Notes: a model not told the origin generated them from the letters alone. A stretch of DNA of 64,000 nucleotides from Pseudolabrys sp. (GCA_036519515.1 DATDLC010000138.1:3636-67635); one strand, 5' to 3'. Positions 32,615-43,563 are shown, numbered from the stretch's first letter. Numbers and translations are program-made.

Positions 32615-33082
32615 TTAGCGCTGTCGACGCAGCCAAGCGTCGACGCTGAAACGCCCCGCCCCGGCAACAAAAAGAAAGAGAAATCCGCCCAGCATCGCCA
32701 GATTCTTGTAAAAGCTCGAGTCTTGCGCACGTCGAACGGCTATATCCGTGAATTCCCAGTAGCGGTGCGAACTAAGCGTCGCCACGAGCATAAAGATGAT
32801 CATCACGAGCACGACGTAGCGGGTCGCAACTCCGAGAATGAGCGCAATCCCACCGAAGAACTCCGCGGGCACGGCGATATAGGCCAAGAAAGTGGGAAGT
32901 CCTCGCCCTGGGAACGTAGCGGCATAGGCGGGAATATCAAAAATTTTTCCATAGCCGCTGCGCACAAAAATCCACCCGAGAAGGATCCGGCCTACCAGTA
33001 GAATGAAGTCGGACGTGCTAGTTGCGACGTTGTCAGCGTGCGACAAAGAAGGGTGCGAACTGTTTTGGACCATTGAGCTCAT
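32615..33082 (-). CDS. DoxX family membrane protein
   Basis: GRILLGWIF.SG..K, FYKNLAMLGG and GAGRFSVD motifs. Confidence 0.9.
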   Translation of the reverse strand: MSSMVQNSSHPSLSHADNVATSTSDFILLVGRILLGWIFVRSGYGKIFDIPAYAATFPGRGLPTFLAYIAVPAEFFGGIALILGVATRYVVLVMIIFMLVATLSSHRYWEFTDIAVRRAQDSSFYKNLAMLGGFLFLFVAGAGRFSVDAWLRRQR

Positions 33083-33248
33083 AGGTACGTTTCCCCGTTT
33101 GACGTTTGTTGGCAGACCGGTTCAATCGTTGCGCGAAAATAACAAGCGCGGAGGTTAACTTATTCCATTATTTTCAATGGGAAAAATGCGACAAAAGGAC
33201 TGCAGTTTAGCCATCTACTTTCAAGGCTTTGTGGCAGCGCAATATGCG

Positions 33249-33581
33249 CTAGGGGCTTTCAGTGATGTCCTCGTAAACGTCGATCTCGATCGTCCCCGGA
33301 AAGAGCGTGCGCCAAGCCTGTAAATAATTTTGCACCATGGGATCGCTGGCGAACTTTTGACGATTGAGCTCAATCGCTTGATCCATTTGATACTCAATCA
33401 TTTGGAGGAACTGAGTTCGATCATCAGCGTTCCTGAGCAGCCGCACCTGCGCGTCGCCAAATGCGCTGAACACGGACAATGCATTTTTCATCGTCGCGGT
33501 GAGAAGAGATGTCATGTCCGCGGATGGCATTCTTATTCTTACGTGCAGGATTCGCTTCGCCGTCGATCCTTCGCTGGCCAT
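33249..33581 (-). CDS. Hypothetical protein (possible dimeric alpha/beta barrel)
   Basis: 110-aa ORF with a GAGGAGG RBS. Confidence 0.6.
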   Translation of the reverse strand: MASEGSTAKRILHVRIRMPSADMTSLLTATMKNALSVFSAFGDAQVRLLRNADDRTQFLQMIEYQMDQAIELNRQKFASDPMVQNYLQAWRTLFPGTIEIDVYEDITESP

Positions 33582-33715
33582 TGATCGGCCTCCTCACCTG
33601 AAATGCAATTTGATGAAATGAAAACTTATTTTTTTCAGGCCACGATTCCAATACAAAAACGTCGATTTGCTCGGCGTTGTTGTATGGACAGCCACTCTTG
33701 GCGAGCTAGATGTTT

Positions 33716-35275
33716 TCAGCTCTGCTGGGAGCCGAGCAGATTGAAGCGCGCCTTCTGTTCGTCTGTTAGTTGGTTGTAGAAATTCTCTAACGCTGGTTGC
33801 ACGGTCTTAATTGCCGCCTGCATTGCATTGAGTCTGTGCTCCATCGCCGCTATACGTCCCGGAGGTGTGAAAGCCTGATCGGTGGGGCAATTTGCCTTCA
33901 GGAAGTCTGCTGCTTTCCTCGTCGCATCGTTGAGACTGTCGAGTGCGCTGCGTTGGGCGTCAGTTGGATTGAGCGTATGCGCGATGCGATCGGTTGGTAC
34001 ATTGACGGGCTTTAGAGCCTCGGCCCCACACACTTGCGAAAGATCGGCAGAGCGGTCACTGGCGCGAGCAGTGCGACCCGCTTGAGGATCCGAACTGACG
34101 ACGTTGAAGCGGGCCTTCTGTTCATCAGATAGAGAGTCATAGAATCGTTGCAGCGGAGATTGCACGATATTGAGTGCCAGCAACATCGTCGCGATTCGTT
34201 TGTCCATGGCTGCAAGCCTGCCCGGAGCCGTGCTCGGCAGACCCTCCGGGCAAGCCGATTGCAACGCGCTCACGGCCTTGCCTGTCGCGTCTTTTAGCTC
34301 ATTCAAGACCGCCTGCTGTGCCTCGGTGGGTTGAACGGTCTGCGTGATTTGTTCGATCGGCCAATTGGTGAGCGCGGGAGCCTGCTCGCCGCAGACAACG
34401 GACGTTGTTGTCAAATTATCGCGAGCCCGGCGCGCGTGCCGCCTGGAGGAAATCACATTCGCGTAAGCCCGACCCTCATACGCATATGGCCCAAAGACGC
34501 CCACATAAACATCGTCAAAGGCATAGGGCCAGAAAGCATCGTACGCATAAGGCCAGAACGTATAGTCGATGAAATCCCAATACGCGAAGGGCCAGAAGAC
34601 GGGACCAAACCAGCCGATCACGACTATCGGGCGATTGTGTCGCCACCACCATCCGCCGTTACCGTGCCAGTTGCCGCCATTCCAATTCTTCCAATTCTTG
34701 TCTGCCAGCGCACCGTGGAAACTTGCCTGCTTCAACATCCCGGCTTTTCCGTTGCGAGATGCGAATGAAGCGAGTGCGGGATTGCGCACAAGCGAGGTTT
34801 TACCGACACCCTTGATCGAGCCGGTAACCAAGTTACGGTTGGCGCCTGCAAATTTCTGGTTGATGCCACTTCGGGTCCCGAGCGAACTTGAACTGAGCTT
34901 GAGATTGCCGCTGCGCGTCAACGCATGGCTAGAGCTCATGCGTGTAAAATTTCGCGACGCCAAGCTTCGCGATGTGTGAAATTGCCGGCTCGGGCGAACG
35001 GCCGAAAACGACCGCCCCATTGGCGACGAGCGCACAGCAAAATTCCGGCTAACTGCACTCCGGGAAAAACCTCCGCCCATTCCGCTGCGAAGGCCGCCAC
35101 CGCCCATTCCACGGAAACTCGCGCCTCCGATGTGTCCGCCACCACCGCCAGCTCTGAAGCCTCCGCCTCCGCCTCCATGGCCACCTCTGGCGCTCGCCTC
35201 GTTTATTCCAGAAACGATTGCAAACACAAAGAGAGAGGCAACTACACAGGACGCCACGTGACCAAGCTTCGACAT
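33716..35275 (-). CDS. Secreted Spy/CpxP-like (LTXXQ motif) protein with a Gly-rich N-terminus
   Basis: Signal peptide, Gly-rich tract, Trp/Tyr-rich segment and two repeats ending FY..L(S/T)DEQKARFN. Confidence 0.8.
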   Translation of the reverse strand: MSKLGHVASCVVASLFVFAIVSGINEASARGGHGGGGGGFRAGGGGGHIGGASFRGMGGGGLRSGMGGGFSRSAVSRNFAVRSSPMGRSFSAVRPSRQFHTSRSLASRNFTRMSSSHALTRSGNLKLSSSSLGTRSGINQKFAGANRNLVTGSIKGVGKTSLVRNPALASFASRNGKAGMLKQASFHGALADKNWKNWNGGNWHGNGGWWWRHNRPIVVIGWFGPVFWPFAYWDFIDYTFWPYAYDAFWPYAFDDVYVGVFGPYAYEGRAYANVISSRRHARRARDNLTTTSVVCGEQAPALTNWPIEQITQTVQPTEAQQAVLNELKDATGKAVSALQSACPEGLPSTAPGRLAAMDKRIATMLLALNIVQSPLQRFYDSLSDEQKARFNVVSSDPQAGRTARASDRSADLSQVCGAEALKPVNVPTDRIAHTLNPTDAQRSALDSLNDATRKAADFLKANCPTDQAFTPPGRIAAMEHRLNAMQAAIKTVQPALENFYNQLTDEQKARFNLLGSQQS

Positions 35276-35466
35276 CTCAACCTCCCGATGCCGCACATAC
35301 TCCACCACCAGCCGCTCCGACGCCGTTGATCTTCGTCAATTATTCTCCGGATGTCGATGTTTGTAATGAACCTGCGGAACCAAAAGGACGACGGACTTTC
35401 TGCCGTGCCCCCAAGCCGGTTCCGCAAAATGAGCTGATAAGGCAAGAATTTAGCAGCCGGCAGCTG

Positions 35467-36339
35467 CTAGCGGCTTAGCTTTTTTAATACCGCGTCCAGT
35501 TGTTCCAAATTCCGGTATTTGATTCTCAAGGTACCGCCGTCGCCTCGGTGATCCACGATCACCTCAAGACCCAATGCATCGGACAGCCGCTTTTCCAGCG
35601 AACGCGTGTTCGCATCTTTTCCACGGCCGGCGTCACCCTCCGTTTTGGCGAGTGCCTTGCCGGTATGCGCCTCATCGTCTTTGCGCACCGCCACTTCGAC
35701 CTGGCGCACGCTCAGGCCTTTGTCGATGATTTCATGCGCGATCGCCTCAGCGTTGGGTTGGCCGAGCAGCAGCCGGGCGTGGCCAGCTGAGATCTTGCCT
35801 GAGCGCACCAACTGCTTCACCGGCTCCGGGAGCTTGAGCAGACGAATGGTGTTCGCAACATGTGGCCGGCTTTTGCCAACGATCTGTGCCACTTCATCCT
35901 GAGTTCGGTTGAAGTCGTCCATGAGCGCGAGATATCCACTCGCCTCCTCAATCGGATTTAGATCGGCGCGTTGCACGTTTTCAATGATGGCAAATTCCAG
36001 CGACTGGGCGTCGTTCGCCTCCACGACTGCGATGGGCACGTCGTGCAAGCCCGCACGTTGTGCCGCGCGCCACCGCCGCTCGCCAGCAATGATTTCGAAG
36101 TTATCGCCTTGCAACGCGCGGACTACGATCGGTTGAATTATTCCTCGTTGGCGAATTGACTCGGACAGCTCATCGAGCTCGTCATCCGTGAACACACGGC
36201 GCGGGTTCCGAGGATTGGGCCGCAGATTTTCGATGGGTGCCCGTCGCGGCTTGCGCCCGCTATCTGAGACGGAGGTTTCGTCGCCGACATCTCCAATCAG
36301 CGCAGCCAGACCGCGTCCTAATCGCGAACGATCTGCCAT
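35467..36339 (-). CDS. parB: Chromosome partitioning protein ParB
   Basis: LGRGLAALIG, IIAGERRWRAA and ENVQRADLNPIEEA motifs. Confidence 0.97.
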   Translation of the reverse strand: MADRSRLGRGLAALIGDVGDETSVSDSGRKPRRAPIENLRPNPRNPRRVFTDDELDELSESIRQRGIIQPIVVRALQGDNFEIIAGERRWRAAQRAGLHDVPIAVVEANDAQSLEFAIIENVQRADLNPIEEASGYLALMDDFNRTQDEVAQIVGKSRPHVANTIRLLKLPEPVKQLVRSGKISAGHARLLLGQPNAEAIAHEIIDKGLSVRQVEVAVRKDDEAHTGKALAKTEGDAGRGKDANTRSLEKRLSDALGLEVIVDHRGDGGTLRIKYRNLEQLDAVLKKLSR

Positions 36340-36410
36340 CGCCGCCGCTCCCGAGCGCGCCATCAAGTTATCCTTTCAATTCCACGGCCGTCATGCTTCC
36401 GCCGAACGAG

Positions 36411-37289
36411 CTACCCGGCTTTCAATGTCTTTTCACGCTGAATGATCTCTGTGGCCAGGCGCAAATAGGCTTCACTGCCAACGCATTTGAGATCGTAGAC
36501 AAGTACAGGCTTCCCGTAGGACGGTGCCTCCGATATTCGAACGTTGCGCGGAATTATGGTCTCGTACACTTTGTTGCCCATAAACTGACGAACGTCCGCG
36601 ACAACCTGGTTGGAAAGGTTGTTACGTGAGTCATACATCGTCAGCACTATGCCGTGGATTGACAAAGTTGGATTGAGCGTCGTCTTTACTTGCTCAACCG
36701 TTTTTAGAAGTTGCGACAACCCTTCGAGCGCGAAGAACTCGCATTGCAGAGGAACAAGAATCGAATCTGCAGCCGCCATCGCGTTGACGGTGAGCAGATT
36801 GAGCGATGGCGGACAGTCGACGAGAACATAGTTGAAATCCTGCGCGCGTGCGCCGCTGTTAAGTTGCCGAAGCGAGTTTCGTAACCGGAATGCACGATCG
36901 CGCTGTTGACCAATCTCAAGCTCAAGACCGGAGAGATCAAGCGTCGACGACGCGATGCAGAGTTGCGGTACAGCGGTTGGCAATACAGCGTCGCGCATCG
37001 GAGCCGCACCCGTCAGAACGTCGTAGGTCGACGTTCGCCGCGATTTGCGTTCAATGCCGAGACCGGTCGAGGCGTTGCCTTGCGGATCAAGGTCGACGAT
37101 CAGCACATGCTCACCAATGGCAGCAAGCGCGGTACCAAGATTGATCGCTGTCGTGGTCTTACCCACTCCACCCTTCTGATTGGCAATCGCCAGCACGCGT
37201 GGGCGAGCCGTATCGGGTCGCACAACCTGTTTGCCGAAAGGCACGAGCAGGGGATCTACGGGTTGGTCGAATGTCGGGACGTCGGTCAT
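36411..37289 (-). CDS. parA: Chromosome partitioning ATPase ParA
   Basis: NQKGGVGKTT, DLDPQGNA, DCPP and SEAPSYG motifs. Confidence 0.97.
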   Translation of the reverse strand: MTDVPTFDQPVDPLLVPFGKQVVRPDTARPRVLAIANQKGGVGKTTTAINLGTALAAIGEHVLIVDLDPQGNASTGLGIERKSRRTSTYDVLTGAAPMRDAVLPTAVPQLCIASSTLDLSGLELEIGQQRDRAFRLRNSLRQLNSGARAQDFNYVLVDCPPSLNLLTVNAMAAADSILVPLQCEFFALEGLSQLLKTVEQVKTTLNPTLSIHGIVLTMYDSRNNLSNQVVADVRQFMGNKVYETIIPRNVRISEAPSYGKPVLVYDLKCVGSEAYLRLATEIIQREKTLKAG

Positions 37290-37357
37290 GCTCCGCATTC
37301 CGCAGGTTTACGCCTGCCCTCTCATAAGCCTATGAAACTGCTGCCGAAATGACAGTC

Positions 37358-38026
37358 TTAAGATTCGCGCAAGGATTCAAGGGCCCGAATCACAATAATT
37401 GAGCCGTCGGGGCTGGTCCGGCTTGGCACTCTGGACGCTTTAAGTCTCCAATATTTAGCGGCATCGGTCAATTCAGCCGCTACATCTTGACCCTTGGGGA
37501 ACAGACCGATGGCGCCAGCTGAGATGAAAGGAAACGCCTGAACGCACAATGTTTTCAATGGGGCCACCGCGCGGGCGGTGACGACCTGAATGGTTTCTGC
37601 ACAGCTTTCCCCAAATTTCTCGACGCGCATATGGTGGACAATGCCTGGGACTGCAGTCGCTTTCACCGCTGCCCGCAGAAACGCCGCTTTTTTTCCATTG
37701 CTTTCAACGAGATGGATTTTAGCGCCGCCAACTCCGGCCAGCGCGCAGGCAATTGGTAGCCCTGGGAAGCCACCTCCCGAGCCGAAATCAGCCCAAACGC
37801 GGGCCTCGGGAGCCAAAGCCAGGAGTTGCAGCGAATCAGCAACATGGCGCGTCCACAGCTCAGGAAGCGTCGACGGCGCAACCAGATTGAGTTTGCTCTG
37901 CCAGCGCATCAAGACGTCTACGAAAACGTCGAGCCGCGCTTCCGTTTCACGTGAAACAGAAACGAGCGCGAGTGCGCGCGCTTTATCGACAGCAAGATCG
38001 GGAGCCCCCTGCCCGCTTTTGCTCAC
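37358..38026 (-). CDS. rsmG: 16S rRNA m7G527 methyltransferase
   Basis: [18 protein letters not shown] and TARAVA motifs. Confidence 0.95.
   Translation of the reverse strand: MSKSGQGAPDLAVDKARALALVSVSRETEARLDVFVDVLMRWQSKLNLVAPSTLPELWTRHVADSLQLLALAPEARVWADFGSGGGFPGLPIACALAGVGGAKIHLVESNGKKAAFLRAAVKATAVPGIVHHMRVEKFGESCAETIQVVTARAVAPLKTLCVQAFPFISAGAIGLFPKGQDVAAELTDAAKYWRLKASRVPSRTSPDGSIIVIRALESLRES
37943..37958. other. parS site (inside rsmG)
   Basis: CGTTTCACGTGAAACA, one mismatch to the consensus. Confidence 0.9.
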
Positions 38027-39894
38027 GCAGATTTCGTTGCGGCTTTTTTGCCGCGTCGAACGTGCGCGACAAGCAATGTAAGCGCCGCCGGTGTTATGCC
38101 GTCGATACGACCTGCATGACCGATCGTACGCGGACGATGCGTCTGCAATTTCTGTTTCATTTCATTCGACAAACCAGGCAACGCCGCGTAGTCGATGTTG
38201 TCCGGCAATTCAAAACTTTCGTCGCGCCGGTACGCCACGATATCGGCGGCCTGGCGCGAAAGATAGACCTCATACTTCGCGTCGATCTCGATCTGCTCTG
38301 CGATCTTCGCCGGCAGTTCGTCGAAGCGCGGCCAAATTTTTTTGAGATCGGAAATTGTGACGTACGGATATGACAACAACTCAAACGCGGTGCGTCGTTG
38401 TCCATCTTTGTTGAGCGAAAGCCCAAAGCGCTCGGCTTCCTTCGGTGTGAGTGAAACTGACTTTGCAAACGCGCGCGCATCTTTCAGCGCTACAGATTTT
38501 GTTTTGTGCGCGCGTGCCCGCTCATTGCTCACGCATCCGATAGCAATTCCGATGTCTGTCAATCGCTGATCGGCATTGTCAGCGCGAAGCTGCAAACGGT
38601 ATTCAGCGCGCGACGTAAACATGCGATACGGTTCGCTAACGCCGCGCGTAACGAGATCATCGATCATCACGCCAAGGTAGGCCTGTGCACGATCGACGAT
38701 GATTTCATCCCCCTCTCCTGCCAGCGCAGCTGCATTGAGGCCCGCAAGAAGGCCTTGCGCGGCCGCCTCCTCGTAACCTGTCGTACCGTTTATCTGCCCA
38801 GCTAGAAACAAACTGCGCAAACGTTTCGCTTGGAGCGTCGGTGCAAGTTCTCGCGGATCGATATAATCGTATTCGATCGCATACCCTGGGCGAATAAATC
38901 GCGCATTGCGCAAGCCAGGAATTGTCGCGACAAAAGCGTGCTGAACTTCTTCCGGAAGTGATGTCGAGATTCCGTTTGGATAAACGGTGTGATCGTCGAG
39001 TCCTTCCGGCTCCAGGAATATCTGGTGCCCTTCCCGCTCGCCAAATTTCACAATCTTGTCTTCGATTGAAGGACAATAGCGCGGACCACGGCTCTCGATC
39101 TGTCCCGAATACATTGGCGAGCGATGCACGTTGTCGCGAATGATTTTGTGGGTCGCTTCAACGGTCCGCGTAATGCCACATTCGATCTGCGGGTTTTCAA
39201 TTCGTGCGGTTAGAATTGAAAAAGGCTCAGGCGGATCATCGCCAGGCTGCATCTCGAGCGCGCACCAGTCGATGGTGCGGCCATCCAATCGCGGTGGCGT
39301 TCCCGTCTTCAGGCGGCCCATCGAAAACCCAAAATTCTCGAGTGTTCGGGAAAGGCCCATCGCCGGCGCTTCGCCGACACGACCCGCGGGAGTTTGTTTT
39401 TCGCCGATGTGAATCAGACCTCTCAGAAACGTCCCAGTCGTGAGAACAACGGCACCCACCGAGATCTCGCGTCCGTCGGCCAATTTCACACCGCAGACCT
39501 GACGGTTTATGACCTTGAGATCATCGGCCTCGGATTCGATCACCTCCAGGTTTGGGCTCGCGCGGATCGCGCTTTGCATCGCAGCCGCATAAAGCTTCCG
39601 GTCGGCCTGGGCTCGCGGTCCGCGGACGGCTGGACCTTTGCGGCGGTTCAAGACGCGAAATTGTATTCCGCCCAAATCGGCGATCCGACCCATAAGCCCA
39701 TCCAAGGCATCGATCTCACGAACCAAATGACCTTTACCCAAACCGCCAATAGCCGGATTGCAGGACATGGCTCCGATGGTCGCAAATCGGTGGGTGATCA
39801 GGGCAGTTCGGGCGCCCATACGGGCGGCCGCAGCCGCAGCTTCACAGCCGGCGTGGCCGCCGCCAATCACAGCGACGTCGAATCGGATAGCCAT
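38023..39894 (-). CDS. mnmG: tRNA modification enzyme MnmG (GidA)
   Basis: [30 protein letters not shown] and [12 protein letters not shown] motifs. Confidence 0.98.
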   Translation of the reverse strand: MAIRFDVAVIGGGHAGCEAAAAAARMGARTALITHRFATIGAMSCNPAIGGLGKGHLVREIDALDGLMGRIADLGGIQFRVLNRRKGPAVRGPRAQADRKLYAAAMQSAIRASPNLEVIESEADDLKVINRQVCGVKLADGREISVGAVVLTTGTFLRGLIHIGEKQTPAGRVGEAPAMGLSRTLENFGFSMGRLKTGTPPRLDGRTIDWCALEMQPGDDPPEPFSILTARIENPQIECGITRTVEATHKIIRDNVHRSPMYSGQIESRGPRYCPSIEDKIVKFGEREGHQIFLEPEGLDDHTVYPNGISTSLPEEVQHAFVATIPGLRNARFIRPGYAIEYDYIDPRELAPTLQAKRLRSLFLAGQINGTTGYEEAAAQGLLAGLNAAALAGEGDEIIVDRAQAYLGVMIDDLVTRGVSEPYRMFTSRAEYRLQLRADNADQRLTDIGIAIGCVSNERARAHKTKSVALKDARAFAKSVSLTPKEAERFGLSLNKDGQRRTAFELLSYPYVTISDLKKIWPRFDELPAKIAEQIEIDAKYEVYLSRQAADIVAYRRDESFELPDNIDYAALPGLSNEMKQKLQTHRPRTIGHAGRIDGITPAALTLLVAHVRRGKKAATKSA

Positions 39895-39962
39895 CGATAC
39901 CTCAGAGGGCGCGGTTGTAGCTGAGGTGTGGGGAGGGGTCAAAAACATCAGCTTCAGCGAAG

Positions 39963-39978
39963 TGTTTCACGTGAAACA
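39963..39978. other. parS site
   Basis: Perfect palindrome TGTTTCACGTGAAACA between mnmE and mnmG. Confidence 0.95.
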
Positions 39979-40042
39979 TTTCAAAGAGCCGGGCAGGGAC
40001 GCTGTTCGGGCCCGCCGGTCCCGCTTTTGGCGACGAAACAGC

Positions 40043-41512
40043 CTATTTGCCAATGCAAAAGTCACGGAAAATCGCGTCCAGCACATCTTCAACATCGACT
40101 CGGCCGGTAAGGCGACCTAGGGCGCGCGCAGCGAGTCGGAACTCTTCCGCCAGTAGGTCTTCACGACCCGCAAGGTCGCTTTGCAGCGCCCGCCGTAACG
40201 CCGCCGTGACATCCTCCAGGACGCGCCGATGCCGTTCGCGGGTCACCAATGCTGATTCGGCCCCGGCCAAAAAAGTCTCGGCGTACTTCGTCAGCCGCCC
40301 GATCAGCGCATCAAACCCTTCGCCGGATTGAGCTGAAAGATTGAATGTCGATTCGCTGGCATTGAATGCAAGTTCATTAGTACGTGGTAACTGATCGTTA
40401 ACCATGTCCGTTAGAAACTTGTTAACCCGAGACCTGGATTCATTGCTTCCGTTGCTTTGGTTTCCAAGTTCATTTCTTTGAGCGTCCTGGATTAGATCGA
40501 TTTTGTTACGGACGACCCAGACTGTGACGGAGCCAGGCACTTTATTGGCGGGCGGTCCAGCGGCTAGGGGCGACGTCGCTTTCTCACTCGCATCCACCAT
40601 CCAGACGACCAAGTCCGCCGTGTTCGCGCGCTCGCGTGCCCGCCGTACACCCTCGAGTTCGACAGGATCGTCGGTTTCACGAATGCCCGCCGTATCGAGA
40701 AGCGTTACCGGGAGTCCGCCCAGGTCGAGGTGCACCTCTATGACATCGCGAGTCGTACCAGCATAAGGCGAAACGATCGCTGCTTCGCGTCTCGCAATTC
40801 GATTGAGCAACGTCGACTTTCCGACATTCGGTGGACCGGCAATTGCTACAATCAGGCCCTCGCGTAGTCTTTCGCCGCGACCACGGTCTGCCAAAACAGA
40901 ACCAATCTCCGCTTCGAGGGCTCGCGCGATTCGCAACGCGGGCGTCACCAGATCCTGGGGAACGTCGGCCTCCTCGGAAAAATCGATGCGTGCTTCAACG
41001 AGTGCCAGCGCCTGGATCAGTTGCGCTCGCCAGTTTTCGGCGCGGCGACCCAATGCCCCCGTCATCTGCCGAAAGGCGAGACGACGTTGACCCTCGGTCT
41101 CTGCCATCACCAGGTCCGCAAGACCTTCCACGGCAGTGAGATCGAGCTTGCCGTTTTCGAAAGCGCGCCGCGTGAACTCACCAGCCTCGGCCGGGCGCAA
41201 ACCGGGCACGCGCGAAAGTGCAGCGAACACAGATGCAATGACCGCTCGCCCTCCGTGAAGCTGAAGTTCGGCAACGTCTTCGCCGGTTTCGCTGTTGGGT
41301 GCAGGAAACCACAGCATCAGGGCTTCATCGATGATTTCGCCATCACATCCGCGCACACGCGCCAAGGCCGCTTTTCGCGGTTCAGGAATTTTTCCGGCGA
41401 TTGCCTTGAGGGCCGCTGCCGCGGCTGGGCCAGAAATGCGCACGACCGCAATCGCCGCCGGTGGCCGGCCTGACGAGAGGGCATAGATGGTCTCGCGCGT
41501 TTGCACAGACAT
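40043..41512 (-). CDS. mnmE: tRNA modification GTPase MnmE (TrmE)
   Basis: GPPNVGKS, GTTRD, DTAG, NKID and terminal FCIGK. There is an extra Asn-rich segment after NKID. Confidence 0.97.
   Translation of the reverse strand: MSVQTRETIYALSSGRPPAAIAVVRISGPAAAAALKAIAGKIPEPRKAALARVRGCDGEIIDEALMLWFPAPNSETGEDVAELQLHGGRAVIASVFAALSRVPGLRPAEAGEFTRRAFENGKLDLTAVEGLADLVMAETEGQRRLAFRQMTGALGRRAENWRAQLIQALALVEARIDFSEEADVPQDLVTPALRIARALEAEIGSVLADRGRGERLREGLIVAIAGPPNVGKSTLLNRIARREAAIVSPYAGTTRDVIEVHLDLGGLPVTLLDTAGIRETDDPVELEGVRRARERANTADLVVWMVDASEKATSPLAAGPPANKVPGSVTVWVVRNKIDLIQDAQRNELGNQSNGSNESRSRVNKFLTDMVNDQLPRTNELAFNASESTFNLSAQSGEGFDALIGRLTKYAETFLAGAESALVTRERHRRVLEDVTAALRRALQSDLAGREDLLAEEFRLAARALGRLTGRVDVEDVLDAIFRDFCIGK
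40387..40426 (+). promoter_or_regulatory. Two CtrA-like boxes inside the mnmE coding sequence
   Basis: GTAA-N7-TTAAC (40387-40402) and TTAG-N7-TTAAC (40411-40426). Confidence 0.5.
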
Positions 41513-41664
41513 CGCGGCGCACGGAAGCGCCGGCTCGGGCAGGGGTCAAGCCCTGCAAACTCGTTGGCACAGTTCGTGAACCGTCCTAGTTTCGACCTGC
41601 TTGCTGCTTGCGCTGCTGCCCGTTCCGCTGAATTGGCGCAATGCCGCACGGTGGGACGACTGAC

Positions 41665-43078
41665 GTGGCACTGGCAGAAACCCGTTACGCCAAAAGCGGC
41701 GACACCCGAATTGCCTATCAGGTCATAGGCAACGGGCCGCTCGACCTGGTCTTCGTTCCAGGCTTCATTTCCAAACAATGGGCAGCGACCGCGTCGATAC
41801 GCATCATTTGCCGGCACTCGAAACGCGCATGGACGATGTTCGTGCAGTGATGGATTCCGTCGGCAGCGGGCGTGCAGCTCTGCTTGGCGCGTCAGAAGGC
41901 GGGCCGATGTCCATCCTTTTCGCCGCAACCTATCCCAAACACCCGTGCCCTGATTCTCGGCGCGTATGCACACTTCCATACCTGGGTCATGAACCGCGAA
42001 GCGCTCGAGGAATTTATTCTTGGCATCGAACGTAGCTGAGGTTCCGGCGCAAACGCAACCCGTTTCGCACCTGAACAATCAAAGGACGGTCGCTTTTCGG
42101 CCTGGTGGGGTCGATACGAACGCAACTCTGCAAGCCCCAGCGCCGCAGTTGCATTGGCGAGAATGAACGCTGCGATCGACGTTCGCTCGGTGCCCGCTAC
42201 GATTCGCGTGCCGACGCTTGTTATTCGCCGGCGCGACGATGCGCGCATCAAATTTTCAGGCGGACAATATCTCTCCGAGAAAATCGCGGGACATCGATCC
42301 GATCATCGATGAGATCGAGAGTCTCTCACTGGTACGCGTCCGACCCCCACCGGCAATCGCGTGCTTGCGACCGTGCTTGCCATCAGGCTTGTGTCACCCG
42401 TCCGTCAGACCGCGCGCCTGGGCGACCGGGCCTGGCACGAAAGAATCAACAAACTGCGCGAAAGCCGCCACACTGGCATTCTCTCGCTACGACGGTCAGC
42501 TTGGCACGATCGGTCCGGAAGAAATCATTGGTCGTTTCGATGGACCAGCGCGCGCAATGCGATGTGGTCTCGCGCTTCAAGATGTCGCGCGCAGCCTCGG
42601 CCTCGATCTCGCCGCCGGCGTCCAATAGGGGAGATCGAGCTCCGTGAAAATGATTTCGCTGGGTTGACCATCCATATCGCCGAAAGCATTGCGAGCAAAG
42701 CGCATACCGGCGAGACCCTTGTCTCAGGCGTGGTCGCTGATCTCGTCGCCGGCTCCGGTCTGCATTTTCAGGAGCACGGCAGTCAAACCATCGATGGAAT
42801 GCCTGGAGAACTACGGCTGCTTGCCGTGACCGATGTGCAACATTTGGAGCCCGCGCAGACCCCGCGAACCGCAAGCCTTGACGTGTTGAGCGCGCAAGCG
42901 CGAAGTTCTGATCCTGGTCGCGGATGGACTGAGCAATGCTGGCATCGCCGCAAGATTGAATCTAAGCGATCACACGATCAAAAGACACGTCGCCAACATA
43001 CTACTCAAACTCGATCCGCCAACGCGCGCTGCGGCAGCGGCATTAATCGGCCGCACAAGCCAGCGCGGCGGACTATAG
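41665..43078 (+). pseudogene. Alpha/beta hydrolase - adenylate cyclase-like - LuxR HTH fusion, degraded
   Basis: Fragments TRYAKSGD.RIAYQ, GASEGGPM, RVLATVL, FDGPARA, GEIE...GLTIHIA and KRHVANILLKL are spread over several frames, with a TGA at about 42037 and apparent deletions. Confidence 0.85.
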
Positions 43079-43113
43079 CCCGCACGGGCCATCGCAAATT
43101 GGCCCATTTGGGC
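43078..43113. promoter_or_regulatory. Tandem GCCC-N4-GGGC palindromes (putative operator)
   Basis: GCCCGCACGGGC (43078-43089) and GCCCATTTGGGC (43102-43113) upstream of the SnoaL-like gene. Confidence 0.5.
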
Positions 43114-43190
43114 GAAGTTTCACTCAATCCTTCCATCCTACTGTGACCTCACGATGCGCGGCGCTTGCGCGCTGATTTTCGGAGGACACC

Positions 43191-43553
43191 ATGGACGCAA
43201 TCACTAACGCTATTACGTGCGCGGCACTCACCAAGGCTATTGAGACTCGCGACGGACGTGCGCTGACCCGCTTCACCACCGACGACGCTGTCCTGCGGAT
43301 CGTCGACCGAAACAATCCACCGAGCAAACCACGAGAAGTCAAAGGCAAGAACGCGATAGGGATGTTCTGGGATGATATCTGCAGTCGCGCGATGACTCAT
43401 CGAGTCGAAACAAGCATCATCGACGGCAGCAAGCTCGCTTTCAGCCAGGCCTGCGCCTATCCGGATGGCATGAAAGTCCTGTGCCTTGCCGTGTGTGAGC
43501 TGAAGGACGGCAGGGTTGCGCGCCAGACGGTCGTTCAGGCCTGGGACGAGTAA
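43191..43553 (+). CDS. SnoaL/NTF2-like protein
   Basis: DDAVLRIVD..NPPSKP, DICSRAMTH, ACAYPDG and QTVVQAWDE motifs; GGAGGA RBS. Confidence 0.85.
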   Translation: MDAITNAITCAALTKAIETRDGRALTRFTTDDAVLRIVDRNNPPSKPREVKGKNAIGMFWDDICSRAMTHRVETSIIDGSKLAFSQACAYPDGMKVLCLAVCELKDGRVARQTVVQAWDE

Positions 43554-43563
43554 AAGAAGGGCA

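Noticed and set aside
26340-35460. Accessory block considered as a mobile genomic island
   Set aside because: I found no integrase, transposase or terminal repeats. It looks like a variable insertion zone between holA and parB.
38000-41550. GGGCAGGG (KOPS-like) octamers
   Set aside because: There are too few, in mixed orientation, to infer polarity by eye.
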